DNA of 64,000 bases from Octopus sinensis (lineage: Eukaryota). The translations under genes were made by a program, and so were the position numbers. The stretch lies in assembly GCF_006345805.1 (NCBI RefSeq), contig NC_043009.1, forward strand, positions 23,870,001-23,934,000, given 5' to 3'. How positions within the stretch are numbered: position 1 is the first letter of the stretch; each line of letters opens with the position of its first letter. A model generated the notes under the pieces. The model was not told the DNA's origin. It was given only the letters and a program-made list of their open reading frames with translations, and made no database searches. This document shows, piece after piece, positions 12,270 through 24,812 of the stretch.

Positions 12270-12480
12270 TTTTTTATTAATGCTATAAGCTTGCAGAATT
12301 GTTAGCGCATCAGACGAAGTTACTTGGTAGCATTTATTCTAGTTCTTTACGTTCTGAGTTCAAATTCCGCTGAGGTGTACTGTGCCCCCATCGTTTCATG
12401 TCTGATAAGATAGGTACCATTTGAGCACTGGTATCGATGTAATTCTACCTTCTGCCAAAATTCCAAATCATTATTGTTAC

Positions 12481-12530
<50 letters not shown>

Positions 12531-12765
12531 GACATTTTTTATTATCATTACTAAGGCTGTGATCTTGCAGAATCATTGGCACGCCGGGCAAAATGCTTAT
12601 CGGCATTTCGTCCTTCTTTATGTTCTGAGTTCAAATTCTGCCACGGTCAACTTTGCATTTCTTTTTTCGGGGTCGATATAAATTAAGTACTAGTGAAACG
12701 CTGGGGCCGATTTAATCGATTAATCTCCTCTCCCCAAATTTCAGGCTTTGTGCCTTTAGTAGTAA
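12270..12765 (+). mobile_element. Two copies of tRNA-derived SINE family 1 separated by (TTA)n
   Basis: TGGCAGAAT A-box-like, GAGTTCAAATTC B-box-like, central GGGGTCGAT..AAGTAC domain. Confidence 0.75.
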
Positions 12766-12767
12766 GG

Positions 12768-12906
<139 letters not shown>

Positions 12907-13147
12907 TTATTATTATGCAGAAGTTCATAAGAAAAGCATGGATTCACACAACCTTCCCTTAATGCTTGAGTTTCAGATATCATTTAAATTGCTCCCAACA
13001 TAACCAGCTATGTTCAAACTATGCTTTGTATTCTCATCAAAATTTTATATTTACATGTTTGCTTATTTTAAATTGCAAAATGGTGCATTGTAATTTTGCA
13101 ACTTTTAAACCCGTTTGGCAAATAAAGATATCGTTATTATAATCATC

Positions 13148-13640
13148 ATCATCATTATTATTATTATTGAGTGTGAGAGCAGAGCATGCCATCAAAGTGA
13201 CACTGGGGTACAAATTTACGAAGCCCTGTATACCCATCATAAATACACGTCTGTTAAAGGTACACTAAGCACATGCATCGCACCCATATGTGCGCGATAT
13301 AATGATCTTATATCAAGATAAACAGCACATGACTTTGTATGTGGGGCCCAGTTAGAATTCTTTTCAGGTCGAGTAGCCCATCCAGTTTAAAAGGTCCCTG
13401 AATAAGGATATTGAACGAAACACCCATGTTTCCAGAGGTGAATTATTCAAACTCCAAAGAATTCCTTTCAACACATGGCTATGATGCTCCTCCACTACTC
13501 TTGCTCATAATCAGGGATGCACATATCATCAGACACTAAGCGCCATGCTCAACTGGTTAAGATCAATTAAATTTGTGGTATTGAGCAGAATATTTGCTGT
13601 AACCCATCTTTTACACTAGGCAAAAACATGTACATGATAA
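13148..13640. repeat. Unclassified ~450-bp interspersed repeat (second copy at 36905-37330)
   Basis: High similarity between the two loci (gagcag..catgccatcaaagtgacactggggta...ccatgctcaactggtt). Confidence 0.8.
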
Positions 13641-13693
13641 CACTTCCAATCAGGTAAGATCAGAATCTACGAGAGCCACTGCCTATTATTATT

Positions 13694-15882
13694 CTATGTT
13701 TGACTTTTGCTTTACGTTTGTACAAGTTGGCTCCAAGTCTCACCCAGAGACCTCAGGAGACAACAGGCTGGAAGTTCATGTTGTTATGCCTAGTGTGCCA
13801 TATATTTGGTTTTGTATTTAGTATTGTATTAGTGAATGTCTAAAAGAAACCATACGAAAATTATATTTGTTTTAAAACTTGAGATTACATAGTAAGTATT
13901 TTGCGTAGGATATGAGCAGTTCCCATGAGCACTATCTTTTGAATTTCTGCCATTTTTGGATTTCCTCGTATCTGAGTTAGGTAGCAATCAGCCCCTTTTG
14001 CTATCATTCCCAGGGCACCTATGACAACAGGTATTGTTTTAGTCATCAGGTTCCACATTTTGCTGATTTCTATTTCAAGATCTTTATATTTGCTCAGTTT
14101 TTGGTAGGTCTTCCGATACGTTTATATCGATTGGGACAGTCATATCAATAAGGAGGCATGTTCTTTGTCTGAAGTCTTTCAATATGATGTCTGGCCTATT
14201 TGCATCTATCTTTCTGTCAGTTTGAATGGTGAAGTTCCAGAGGAGTGAGATGTGGTCATTTCCAAGCACTTGAGGTGGTTTGTGTTCCCACCAGTTTTTT
14301 TCATGGGGCAAGTCCAGGCTTTTGCAAATTACCCAGTGAATATATTGTGCAGTTCTATCATGCCTGTTGAGATACTCTGTAGGCGCTAGAAGACTGCACT
14401 TGGAGACAACATGATCAATGGTTTCATTTTGTTGTTGACATACACGACATGTTGGGCTACTGCCGTTCTTTAATATGTTGGCCTGGTAGTTCCTTGTTGG
14501 AAGGCATTGATCTTGAGCTGCTATGATAAATCCTTCTGTTTCAGATTTTAAGCCAGAGGCTATTAGCCATTGATGGGTCAGGGCTTTGTCAACATCTACA
14601 TTATTCGCTCTCTTTGGGTATTTGCCATAGAGAGGTTTTTCTTGCCATTTATCATTCAGAATATCTAAGGCAGCAGATTTAGCACGGGTTTTCATGCGCT
14701 TAGCTTTTTCTGTGCCTGTTTCTTGTATGTCTATCTCTAATTCCGAAATTTGTTGTATTCGGAACTCACTTAGATATTCCTTTGCCTGTTTTGTTACTGA
14801 GTATGATGCTTTCTTGTTTTCATGTTTTGAGACAAGTTTTAACATCCAGTCCTCAGAGTTTTTCAGGTAGGTGTCTAGGCCAATTGTAGCAATCTTCATT
14901 GTTATTGCCAGTTGTAAAAGTCCACGGCCTCCCTCTTTTCTTGGCAGATAAAGTTGTTCTGTATCTGCCTTAGGGTGGTGCATTCTATGCATTGTCAACA
15001 GTTTTCGTATTTTTCTGTCAAGATTACATATTTCAGTAATTGACCAGTCAACAATATTGAAACTGTAAGTCACGACTGGTATGGCTAAAGCATTGATCGC
15101 TTCGATCCTGTTTCTCGCATTCAGCTCTGTCTTGAGTATTGCTCTTACTCTGCGATAACATTCTCTCCTGATCCTTTCCTTCATCACTGAATGCCTTATT
15201 CCGCCTCCTTCAATTACCCCTGGGTCTAACTCTTTTATGACATGTTGCTGGTCAAGGTTAACGTTAGATGTTTCTGTCATTATTCCTTTGATAAAGGTAG
15301 CTTTTGCACATTTATCGAGGCCAAATTGCATTCTGATGTCATCACTGAATTGTTTAACAATCGCTAGTAAGCCCTTGAGTTGTTGGTCATTTTTTGAAAG
15401 AGCTTTAAATCATCCATGTAAATGAGATGATTTATATTTTTATCAAACATTTTGTATCCGTACTGCGCGTCATTGAGCAATTTTGAGAGAGGTATTAAGG
15501 CTAAACAAAAGAGGAGTGGTGATAGTGAGTCACCCTGGAAAATGCCACATGAAATTTTTACATCACCAGCATTTAGAGATTCATTGTCACTGCTCAAAGA
15601 TAGTGTGGTTCTCCATGATCTCATACTTAGAGACAGAAAGTTTCGCAGAGTAGGTGCTATTTTATACATTTCCAGGCATTTCTTAATCCAGCTATGTGGT
15701 AGGCTATCAAAAGCCTTTTTATAGTCTATCCAGGCTATTGATAAGTGTTTGTGTCGTTTGTGACAATCTTTTAAGATCATCTTATTGATGAGTAGTTGAT
15801 CTTTACAACCAAAGGATCCACGTTTGATCCTTTCTGTCCATTAGGGAATATGTTGCTGTCTGTTAAAAAACAGATGTTAGCG

Positions 15883-15883
<1 letters not shown>
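13694..15883 (-). mobile_element. 5'-truncated R4/Dong-type LINE (family A): RT C-part, CCHC knuckle, REL endonuclease
   Basis: GIFQGDSLSPLLF, YMDDLK, CRVC...ETIDHVVSKC, RHD, NRPDI...LIDMTVP motifs in ORFs 15364-15780 and 14084-15331; both ends in (TAA)n. Confidence 0.92.
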
Positions 15884-15944
<61 letters not shown>

Positions 15945-16107
15945 TATTATCATTCTTCTTCTTCTTCTTCTTCTTCTTCTTCTTCTTCTTCTTCTTCTTC
16001 TTCTTCTTCTCATTATTATTATTATTATTATAATTATTATTATTATTATCATTATTATTATTATCACCATCATCATCATCAGTATTATTATTATTATTAT
16101 TATTATT

Positions 16108-16981
16108 CTATGTTTGACTTTTGCTTTATGTTTGTACAAGTTGGCTCCAAGTCTCACCCAGAGACCTCAAGAGACAACAGGTTGGAAGTTCTGTGCCATA
16201 TATTTGGGTTTTTTTTTTTTTTGGTGTTGTACTAGTGAATGTCTAATACATAAAAATAAAATTAAAAAAAAAAAAATAAAATAAAATAAATAAATAAATA
16301 AATAAAAGTTTGTTTTAAACCTTGGGATTACATAGAGAGTATTTTGCGTAGGATATGAGCAGTTCCCATGAGCACTATCTTTTGAATTTCTGCCATTTTG
16401 GGGTTTCCTGGTATCTGAGTTAGGTAGCAATTAGTCCCTTTCGCTATCATTCCCAGGGCACCTATGACAACAGGTATTGTTTTAGTCTTCAGCTTCCACA
16501 TTTTGCTGATTTCTATTTCAAGATCTTTATATTTGCTCAGTTTTTGGTAGGTCTTGACAGATACATTTATATCGATTGGGACAGTCATATCAATGAGGAG
16601 GCATGTTCTTTGTCTGAAGTCTTTCAATATGATGTCTGGTCTATTTGCATCTATCTTCCTGTCAGTTTGAATGGTGAAGTTCCAGAGGAGTGAGATGTGG
16701 TCATTTTCAAGCACTGGAGGTGGATTGTGTTCCCACCAGTTTTTTTCATGGGGCAAATCCAGATTTTTGCAAATTACCCAGTGAATATATTGTGCAGCTC
16801 TATCATGCCTGTTGAGGTACTCTGTAGGTGCTAGAAGACTGCATTTGGAGACAACATGATCAATGGTTTCATTTTGTTGTCGGCATACACGACATGTTGG
16901 GCTACTGCCGTTCTTTAATATGTTGGCCTGGTAGTTTCTTGTTGGTAGGCATTGATCTTGAGCTGCTATGATAAACCCCTC

Positions 16982-16982
<1 letters not shown>
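16108..16982 (-). mobile_element. 5'-truncated Dong-type LINE (family A), endonuclease end
   Basis: ORF 16328-16756 KYKDLEIEISKMW...VIGALG; near-identical to 13694-14540; flanked by (TAA)n. Confidence 0.92.
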
Positions 16983-17051
<69 letters not shown>

Positions 17052-17054
<3 letters not shown>

Positions 17055-17528
17055 TAGTTTTATTTTTATAGCGTGCTTTCACTTCACTACCGAGCGCAGC
17101 TCTGTATGCCTTGTGTATGTGCTGTGATTTGTTGTGATTCTCTGATGGTTATTGTATGGAAAGTGTTCTGCGTAGGATGTGTGCAGTGCCTAGTAGTGCA
17201 ATTTTCAGTATGTTATATGTGTTTGTAAGTCCTGGTGTTTTTGTTATGTATTTGTCTGAATATTTTTTTATCATGCCTAATGCACCTACTATAATAGGAA
17301 TTGTTTCTGTTTTTAGATTCCACATTCTGGTTACCTCTATTTCCAGGTATTTGCATTTTGAAAGTTTTTCCATTTCTTTTAGAGACACGTTGTCATCTGC
17401 CGGTATTGATACATCAATTAGAAAGCATTTTTTTTTCTTCATGATCTCTGACAACTATATCTGGTCTGTTGGCCTTAATTTCTCTATCTGTGTGTATTGG
17501 CATATCCCAGAGTATGGTTGCTTTCTCG

Positions 17529-17530
<2 letters not shown>
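17052..17530 (-). mobile_element. Short 3' fragment of Dong-type LINE (family B)
   Basis: ORF 17149-17454 nearly identical to 32043-32348; flanked by (TAA)n. Confidence 0.9.
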
Positions 17531-17588
<58 letters not shown>

Positions 17589-17600
17589 TATTACTATTAC

Positions 17601-17634
<34 letters not shown>

Positions 17635-17646
17635 TATTACTATTAC

Positions 17647-17695
<49 letters not shown>

Positions 17696-17966
17696 TCTTC
17701 GAAACCGTGTAGGTAAAAATTCACCGCAGTGTTTACTCATCTGTCAAGTCACAACAAGGACCTCAGATAGATAATACTTTCTTTTTCGACTAGAAATAGT
17801 GCTCCAGCATTACCGCAGTCAAATGACTGAAACAAGTAAAAGAAGAAAAGAATAAAAGAATATGTAGGAAAAACAATAAAAAAGTTTGAAAGGGGTCTTA
17901 TTTTTTTAATTCAGAAAACTTATCGCTTTACATAGGAGGCAAATATTTCTAATATATATATATAAT

Positions 17967-17999
<33 letters not shown>

Positions 18000-18008
<9 letters not shown>

Positions 18009-18400
18009 TAATCCAAACAAGAAAACACAAAAAACACAACAACGCGAGGACGTGGAACAAATATAGTATTATTGGACGCTCAGGAAAGAAGGAAAGAAGG
18101 AGGGTTTAACGTTTCGAGCGGACCTATTCGTCGGAAACATAGGAGAAGGCAAGATCCAGAGAAGGGAAGACAGAGGAAAAGAAATCGCCAACGGTACACA
18201 CGAGGTCACATTTGCATTCCCAGAATACAGAATGATACCCTTTAGTGAGCATATTGAGAAATGCGCAAAGCAACTACTACCACAATTTTTAATCTTTCCA
18301 TTCTACCAATGTGCTATTGGAACACCAACACAAATTAGATTAAACAAGGAAACATTCTTCATTGAAAAATATAAGCCTGAACTTAACTATCCTAACATTC
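18000..18400. mobile_element. Penelope-like remnants: inverted terminal-repeat piece plus GIY-YIG C-terminal fragment
   Basis: 18215-18400 (+) encodes PFSEHIEKC...FLIFPFYQ...KETFFIEKYKPELN, similar to the 3' end of the 59925-62105 element; 18005-18210 carries a GCTCGAAAC motif on - strand. Confidence 0.6.
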
Positions 18401-18411
18401 TTATATATATG

Positions 18412-18419
<8 letters not shown>

Positions 18420-18452
<33 letters not shown>

Positions 18453-18645
18453 CTGTGTTTGTCCCCCTAGCATTGCTTGACAACCGATGCTGGTGTGTTT
18501 ATGTCCCCGTTACTTAGCGGTTCGGCAAAGAATAAGTACTGGGCTTACAAAAGAATAAGTCCCGGGATCGAGTTGCTCGATTAAAAATCGGTGCTCCAGC
18601 ATGGCCGCAGTCAAATGACTGAAACAAGTAAAAGAGTAAAAGAGA
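18420..18645 (+). mobile_element. SINE family 2, 3' half
   Basis: Matches 45120-45345. Confidence 0.85.
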
Positions 18646-18947
18646 GAAACTCATCTCATTAAAAAAAGGTGGGGGAGGGAAGAAATATAAAGCGATTATC
18701 TCCCTTATGCCGGAAGAAATCCCTTATTACCTCCCCCTGCCTGGAACTCTTCTTTGCACTTCATACCGAAGACATGACACGATGTAGGTAAAGATATTTG
18801 AGAAATTTGAAACGTTTACACGAAACCGGTAATTTCTCCAAAAACTATGTTACTATATACAAAATTTTCTAACATTTTTCTAACATAACGACTTAAATGT
18901 ATTTTTTAACCTTATAAAACAAGCCTTCTGTAGTTTTTTTCACTCTT

Positions 18948-18996
<49 letters not shown>

Positions 18997-18999
<3 letters not shown>

Positions 19000-19135
19000 T
19001 AAAGGATCGTAGGTAAGCCCAGAACAATGCGAGGTAAATGCAAGGTAAATCACAAGAAAACAAATATTGGACTTAATGTAGACTTACCTTGCATTTACTT
19101 CGCATTGTGTTGGCCTTACCCACGATCCTTTATAC
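18997..19135. mobile_element. Fold-back MITE-like element (~55-bp inverted arms)
   Basis: gtataaaggatcgt.ggtaag...aatgcga.gtaaatgcaaggtaa.tc is the reverse complement of 19081-19135 with few mismatches; abuts (TA)n. Confidence 0.75.
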
Positions 19136-19188
19136 AATATATTTTACGCAATGCTTCATAGTAATTATTCCATATATATATATGTGTT

Positions 19189-19226
<38 letters not shown>

Positions 19227-19954
19227 ATATATATATATGTGAAAATAAAGATACAAAATTGTATTGTCCTCACGTAACAAATGTCTTAATGTAATATTTT
19301 TACATAAAAATATGAGTGTATATTTTCACAATGTGACATTTACGTGAGTAAAAAAAATGCATTTTATTGAGACATTTTCGTATATATGCTTATATATATT
19401 CGAGAGTAAGTCAAAAGTTATCCACACTTTCGCCATAACATATCTTTATTATTGTCACACTGCCTTCTGCACATGCGTGCCTATAACTGGTACGATTGTG
19501 ATCACGTATGTAACTATCTAGCTATCTATAATATATATATACATATATACATATATGCATGCATACATGCATATATACATATATAAATGCATACATATAC
19601 ACACACATATATATTTGCATGTATGCATGTACCAACTGAAACACACAAATCTGTTAATGTGTATGTATGAGGTATGTGTTCGTGTTGTGTGTAGAACATG
19701 ATAACAACAATGATTATGATGACGACGGCGACGACGGCGACGGTGGCGATGATGAGATAGAGTGGAGGATAAGGGACTTTCAATGGTGAAACACGATGGT
19801 ACCAACAACACACATCACCATTACCCTGGTTTTTCTCATTTCTCTTTAGACGGAACGCATCTTATCATCATAATCGACGTTCTTGTCTTTTATCGTAGTC
19901 TTTGACGTCATCATCGTCATCATCACCATCAGCGTCGAAATCTTCGTCGGCATC

Positions 19955-19986
<32 letters not shown>

Positions 19987-20017
19987 CATCATCATCACCA
20001 CCACCACCACCACCACC

Positions 20018-20077
<60 letters not shown>

Positions 20078-20117
20078 TTTATCATCATCGCCATCGTGGT
20101 GGTGGTGGTTTCCGACA

Positions 20118-20290
20118 CTAATAGTCGATGAAGCAACCAAGCTTTCTCACGGCCAATTCCCCTCTTACAGTCGTAGTAACGTCAGCACAGAAATGTCGGC
20201 AGCTTGGAGTTGCGACGACATCATACACGCTGAGCGTCACAATTGGTATTCCCCGTATTCCATATTTTAACTTTCCTATGCTGCCATTCA
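20118..20290 (-). CDS. Gene B exon 3 (terminal): (M)NGSIGKLKYGIRGIPIVTLSVYDVVATPSCRHFCADVTTTVRGELAVRKLGCFIDY*
   Basis: Strong acceptor ttttccatttactttcag| at 20291; of the three phases, phase 1 gives the longest frame (56 codons) and matches the exon 2 donor phase. Confidence 0.6.
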
Positions 20291-20429
20291 CTGAAAGTAA
20301 ATGGAAAATAAAAGAAATAATATTAAAGTATAAAAGAAATTAAGTAAAAATAAAATTGATAAAATTATTATTTTACTATTTTTGTGCTTTTCATTTAAAA
20401 AGCAAATAAATAAACTATATCTTCTTCTT

Positions 20430-20693
20430 TTTGCGCCCTTTTCAAGCCTAGCCAGGCTCATGGGTCCGGTTTCCCGGTTTCTATGGCAAATGTGTTTCCC
20501 CCCAGCTGGACGGAACGTCTGTCCATCGCAGCATTACTCAAGAAACAAGAAGAGAGAGTGAGAGAAAAAGTTGGAGCGAAAGAGTACAACAGGGGTCGCC
20601 ACCACCCCCTGTCGGAGTCTCGTGGAGCTTTAACCGTTTTCGCTCAATAAACACACACAGCGCCCGCCCTGGGAATCGAAACCGCGATCCTCC
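20430..20693 (-). mobile_element. tRNA-derived SINE family 3 (V-domain-like core), head truncated
   Basis: GCGATGGAC...CGTCCAGCTGGGGG core; similar to 49250-49552. Confidence 0.8.
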
Positions 20694-20794
20694 ATATATC
20701 CATCACGGCCCACCTTACCAATGGGTTTCACGCAAGGAATACAATGGAGTGTTAGGTAACAACCGACTGGTAAGATGGTCTGTGATGGATATAT
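20694..20794. mobile_element. ~100-bp MITE-like element with 27-bp inverted termini
   Basis: atatatccatcacggcccaccttacca / tggtaagatggtctgtgatggatatat (3 mismatches). Confidence 0.65.
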
Positions 20795-20819
20795 AATACT
20801 GTACATTTCGAATAATAAG

Positions 20820-20864
<45 letters not shown>

Positions 20865-21256
20865 AGGACGGGTTTCGCCTATCAAATTCACTCATAAAAC
20901 AACCGGAATTCTATAGTAAAAAAGGACTTTCCCAAGATACTGTATAGAGGGATTGAACCAGAAACGACTTGTTAACCACACGATCATGTATTTGCTTATA
21001 AGTATATTTACTTTATACGCACATTACGCCACAATTTGAGAAAATTTGATTTTATTGTGAAATGTTACAAACATTCCATGTACAACAAAAATTCAAAGAA
21101 ACACTTTACTTACTGATTTTTCTGGTCAATTGCTTATTGTTCATCGCCACTTGCAATCGATAGAAGTAATTATCATAAAGTATATCAAAGGTAACTGAAA
21201 GAAATATTTTTCATTAAATATTTGACAAGTAACTTAAAGAAGTAATCTTCATAATT

Positions 21257-22720
21257 TTGAGTTGGCAACAATGTAATTTAATTTTTCGCAAATAGAGTTA
21301 CGATTTTCTTAATGATTTTTGTCAGTGTTATGATTTTTTTCCTTCTGACAGCTGCTAGCCGTTACTTTTAACTTGCTTTCGAAGCAAATTGCGCATAATT
21401 TGGTTTACAGATTTTAGTTCAGCATCAATTTTAACATGCAGTACAAAAACAACATTTCCTCCATATTTTGTTATTTTTTAAACTTAACCCCTTGACAACA
21501 GTTGACGCAAATATGCGATCACACTTTTGCTTGCCTACCAGCGGTTAACGTAAATATACGATGTAGAGCTACACTACATCTTTCACGGACTTTTTAGCGG
21601 CTGACGTATGTTTACGTTCGCTATCGTGTACTTTATCTCTTGAGGTGCGCACGCTCGCCGTCCCGTGCATTATCTTAGCTATTTTAGGTTTCGTTCAAGT
21701 CATGAGACTAGCAGTAGACCAATGACATGCGGATACTTTACATGCATAATACCGTGTTTTGAGTTGTACCACACGCAAGCGATTTTCTGAACTTGAGCAG
21801 AATAACTCGTGCATATCATATGATAAATAGCTTCACATAGTTCGTTTCCATAAACCGGTAAATGTAAATGTACGACGCTGTGTTATTGTAATGGTGGACG
21901 TAAATAGACGTGAGCTCGTTGGCACTTGTGTGTTTGTGTGGCCTTATTAGATAAAAAAAAACCCCAGAGCAGTGTCTCGCATGCTTCGGGTAATACCAGC
22001 GTCAAGGGGTTAAAAGCAAGAAAGTTGAGACTCACAAAGAGATATGTGAAATTTATGTTGATTGCTTAACAGAAACGTACATGTCAGAAATGGTTTTAAA
22101 AAGTCCGTTCTTAACATTTTACACTGAAAGATGACCAACGTTCTGGTCGACCTACAAAAGTTGATGATGATCGAATCAAAGCCATAATTGAGTCTGATTG
22201 TCATATAACTGTGCGAGAGATTTCAGAAGGGTTAAATGTTTCACACACAACAATTGAAAATCTCTTACAATGGCTTGGACTCGTTAAGAAGCTCGATATT
22301 TGGGTTCCGCATAAATTGAAAGAGATTCACTGAATGCAACCAATCAATATTTGCGATATGCATCTCAAACGCAATGAAATCAACCACTTTTTGAAATAAA
22401 TCATCACTGGTGATGTAAAATGGATTATCTACAATAACATCAATCGAAGCGTAATGAACCAGCGTAATAACATCAATCAAAGCGTAGTGGTCCAAGCGTA
22501 ATGAAACAGCACAAGCCACATCGAAAGTTGAATTGCATAAAAAAGAGGCAGACCTTCTAATTGTTAGGATTACAAAGGTGTTGCGTATTTTGAGCTGTTT
22601 CCAAGGAACCAAACGATCAATTCAGATGTTTACTGTTAGGAATTAACGAAACTGGAGGAAGCAATCAAAGAAAAACGGCCAGGATTGGCAAATCGTAAAG
22701 GAATCTTGTTCCATCAGGAC
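21257..22720 (+). mobile_element. Degenerate mariner transposon (5' TIR + transposase N-terminal two-thirds), interrupted by a piggyBac-type MITE
   Basis: TIR-like TTGAGTTGGCAACAATGTAATT; SGRP, WVPHKL and IITGDVKWI motifs in broken frames. Confidence 0.85.
21488..22009. mobile_element. Non-autonomous piggyBac-type element (522 bp)
   Basis: TTAA|CCCCTTGAC ... GTCAAGGGG|TTAA: TTAA duplication (21484-87, 22010-13) and CCC/GGG termini. Confidence 0.85.
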
Positions 22721-22760
22721 AGTTATAATGTATCAAAGAATAAATATAAAATAAACTCAC

Positions 22761-23018
22761 TATAGAGTCCAACGTGATGTATGCCGGTCACTTGGTAGCA
22801 ATTGTAATGGAAGTTTGAACCATTACAATTCAGCTCTCCTATATTGTCTGAAAAATTTTTACACTGTGGTATACTTTCCTCCGCTCTATTTTCATCAACA
22901 TTTCGACTCATTTTGATTATTGCCCCGTCATCTCCATTGTCATATATTGGTTTATGATCATTTTCAACTCGCCTGTGTAGCAAAGATTCTGCACCAGTTC
23001 TATTCGTAATTACTTCAC
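22761..23018 (-). CDS. Gene B exon 2 (258 nt, phase 1-1): EVITNRTGAESLLHRRVENDHKPIYDNGDDGAIIKMSRNVDENRAEESIPQCKNFSDNIGELNCNGSNFHYNCYQVTGIHHVGLY
   Basis: Acceptor ttgcttttgtttttctag| and donor |gtgagt; open frame in the phase required by exon 1; unique non-repetitive sequence. Confidence 0.75.
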
Positions 23019-23882
23019 CTAGAAAAACAAAAGCAATAAGATGTTAGAGGAGAAAGTATGAAGAAATAAGTAACAAAGGAAGACAATAAAAGGAAACCAA
23101 CACGACATTCACTCAATATTTATTGCTTTCATTTGTGAGTTTAAGAGGGGAATCAATTATATTGAACTTCGATGGAGGGGTATCAAATACGTTGTGTCCT
23201 CTGGTGGCCGGATAATGCAAGGGAGATAATAATTTTTAAATAATATTTAGCGGGATTACGTATTTGAATTTGAAATCGAGGATACATACACTAGTTTCAG
23301 TCAATGGATAACAGCCATGCCGGGGCACTTTTTTGAGAGATTTTGTCGAGCAAATCAATCCATGTATTTATTATTTTATGCCAGGCACATATTCCGTCGA
23401 TCTCTGTGGTCAAACCGCTAAAATACAAGGACACGAACAACCGATTGTCAAGCGGTGAGATACGATGGGGTGGACAAACATAAACAACTTTCACACCACA
23501 CATATACATCAAACTTCCACACAGTTTCTCCTCTACCAAATTCACTCACAAGTCATTGGCAGAAATAGAAAGAACTTCTTCAAGGTGTCATTCAATGGGA
23601 ATAGTCTTGAAAACACATGGTTGCAAAGTAATCTTATCCTCCATACCAAGATGGATTTTTTTGCTCATTTAATATGCTGGAGATCTTAAATTTTCTAGTC
23701 TTTGGTACTCATAGATATTGTCACGCTCTTATATCACTGTAATATATAGTATTAAAACCACCGTCATTATGAATTGTTTACAGATTTGAAACAAAAACAG
23801 CCGTGAAACGTAAATTTGGTTTCCACTGTCACATAAAACAAACGTGTGCGCGCGTGAGGGTGTATGTTTGTCTACATGTCGA

Positions 23883-23970
<88 letters not shown>

Positions 23971-24002
23971 CATCTATCCAGCTATCCATCTATCTATATA
24001 TA

Positions 24003-24226
24003 TATTTTTTACTTGTTTCAGTCATTTGAGTGCGGTCATGCTAGAGCACCACCTTTTAGTCGAGCAAATTGACCCCAGGACTTATTCTTTGCAAGCCTAG
24101 TACTTATTCTATTGGTCTCTTTTGCCGAATCGCAAGGTTACGGGGACGTAAACACACTAGCATCGGTTGTCAAGCGTTGTTGGGGAGGGGGACAAACACA
24201 GGCACACAAACACATACTCATACACA

Positions 24227-24262
<36 letters not shown>

Positions 24263-24400
24263 TACATATATACGACGGGCTTCTTTCAGTTTCCGTCTAC
24301 CAAATCCACTCACAAGGCTATAGTAGAAGACACTTGCCCAAGGTGCCACGTAGTGTGACTGAACCCGAAACCATGTGGTTAGTAAGCAAGCTACTCCTGC
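24003..24400 (-). mobile_element. SINE family 2 (tRNA-like head, CORE-like CACCTTGGGCAAG box, internal (TA/TG)n)
   Basis: Reverse complement of 44925-45345. Confidence 0.85.
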
Positions 24401-24812
24401 TCCTATATGCATACATACATATACATACATGCGTATATACATACATACATACATACATACATACATACATACATACATACATACATACATACATACATAC
24501 ATACATACATACATACATACATTATGGCTGCCCCTCGTTATCGAGTATGGCCATTGCACGAAGCTTAACTGTTACTGGTGCTGTGATCGAATGTGACTTT
24601 TTAGCCCAGCTAAAGATCTACAATGTCTTGTACAAAATTGGCAATTAAAACCTTTACTGGTAATAGCCGGCTGTAGTTGTAACTGGGCTTCATGTACCTT
24701 TGCATGTAGTTTAAGTCCTCCTGTCGAATTACACTCTCTTCCACATGCCCGTCAGATATGATTAGTATGGTGTGTTACACCACCACCAGTGGCCAGGTTG
24801 TCACTTATCTGT

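Noticed and set aside
20118-20145. LGCFID as the start of a WSC domain
   Set aside because: Followed immediately by a stop with no usable donor; remaining WSC cysteines absent
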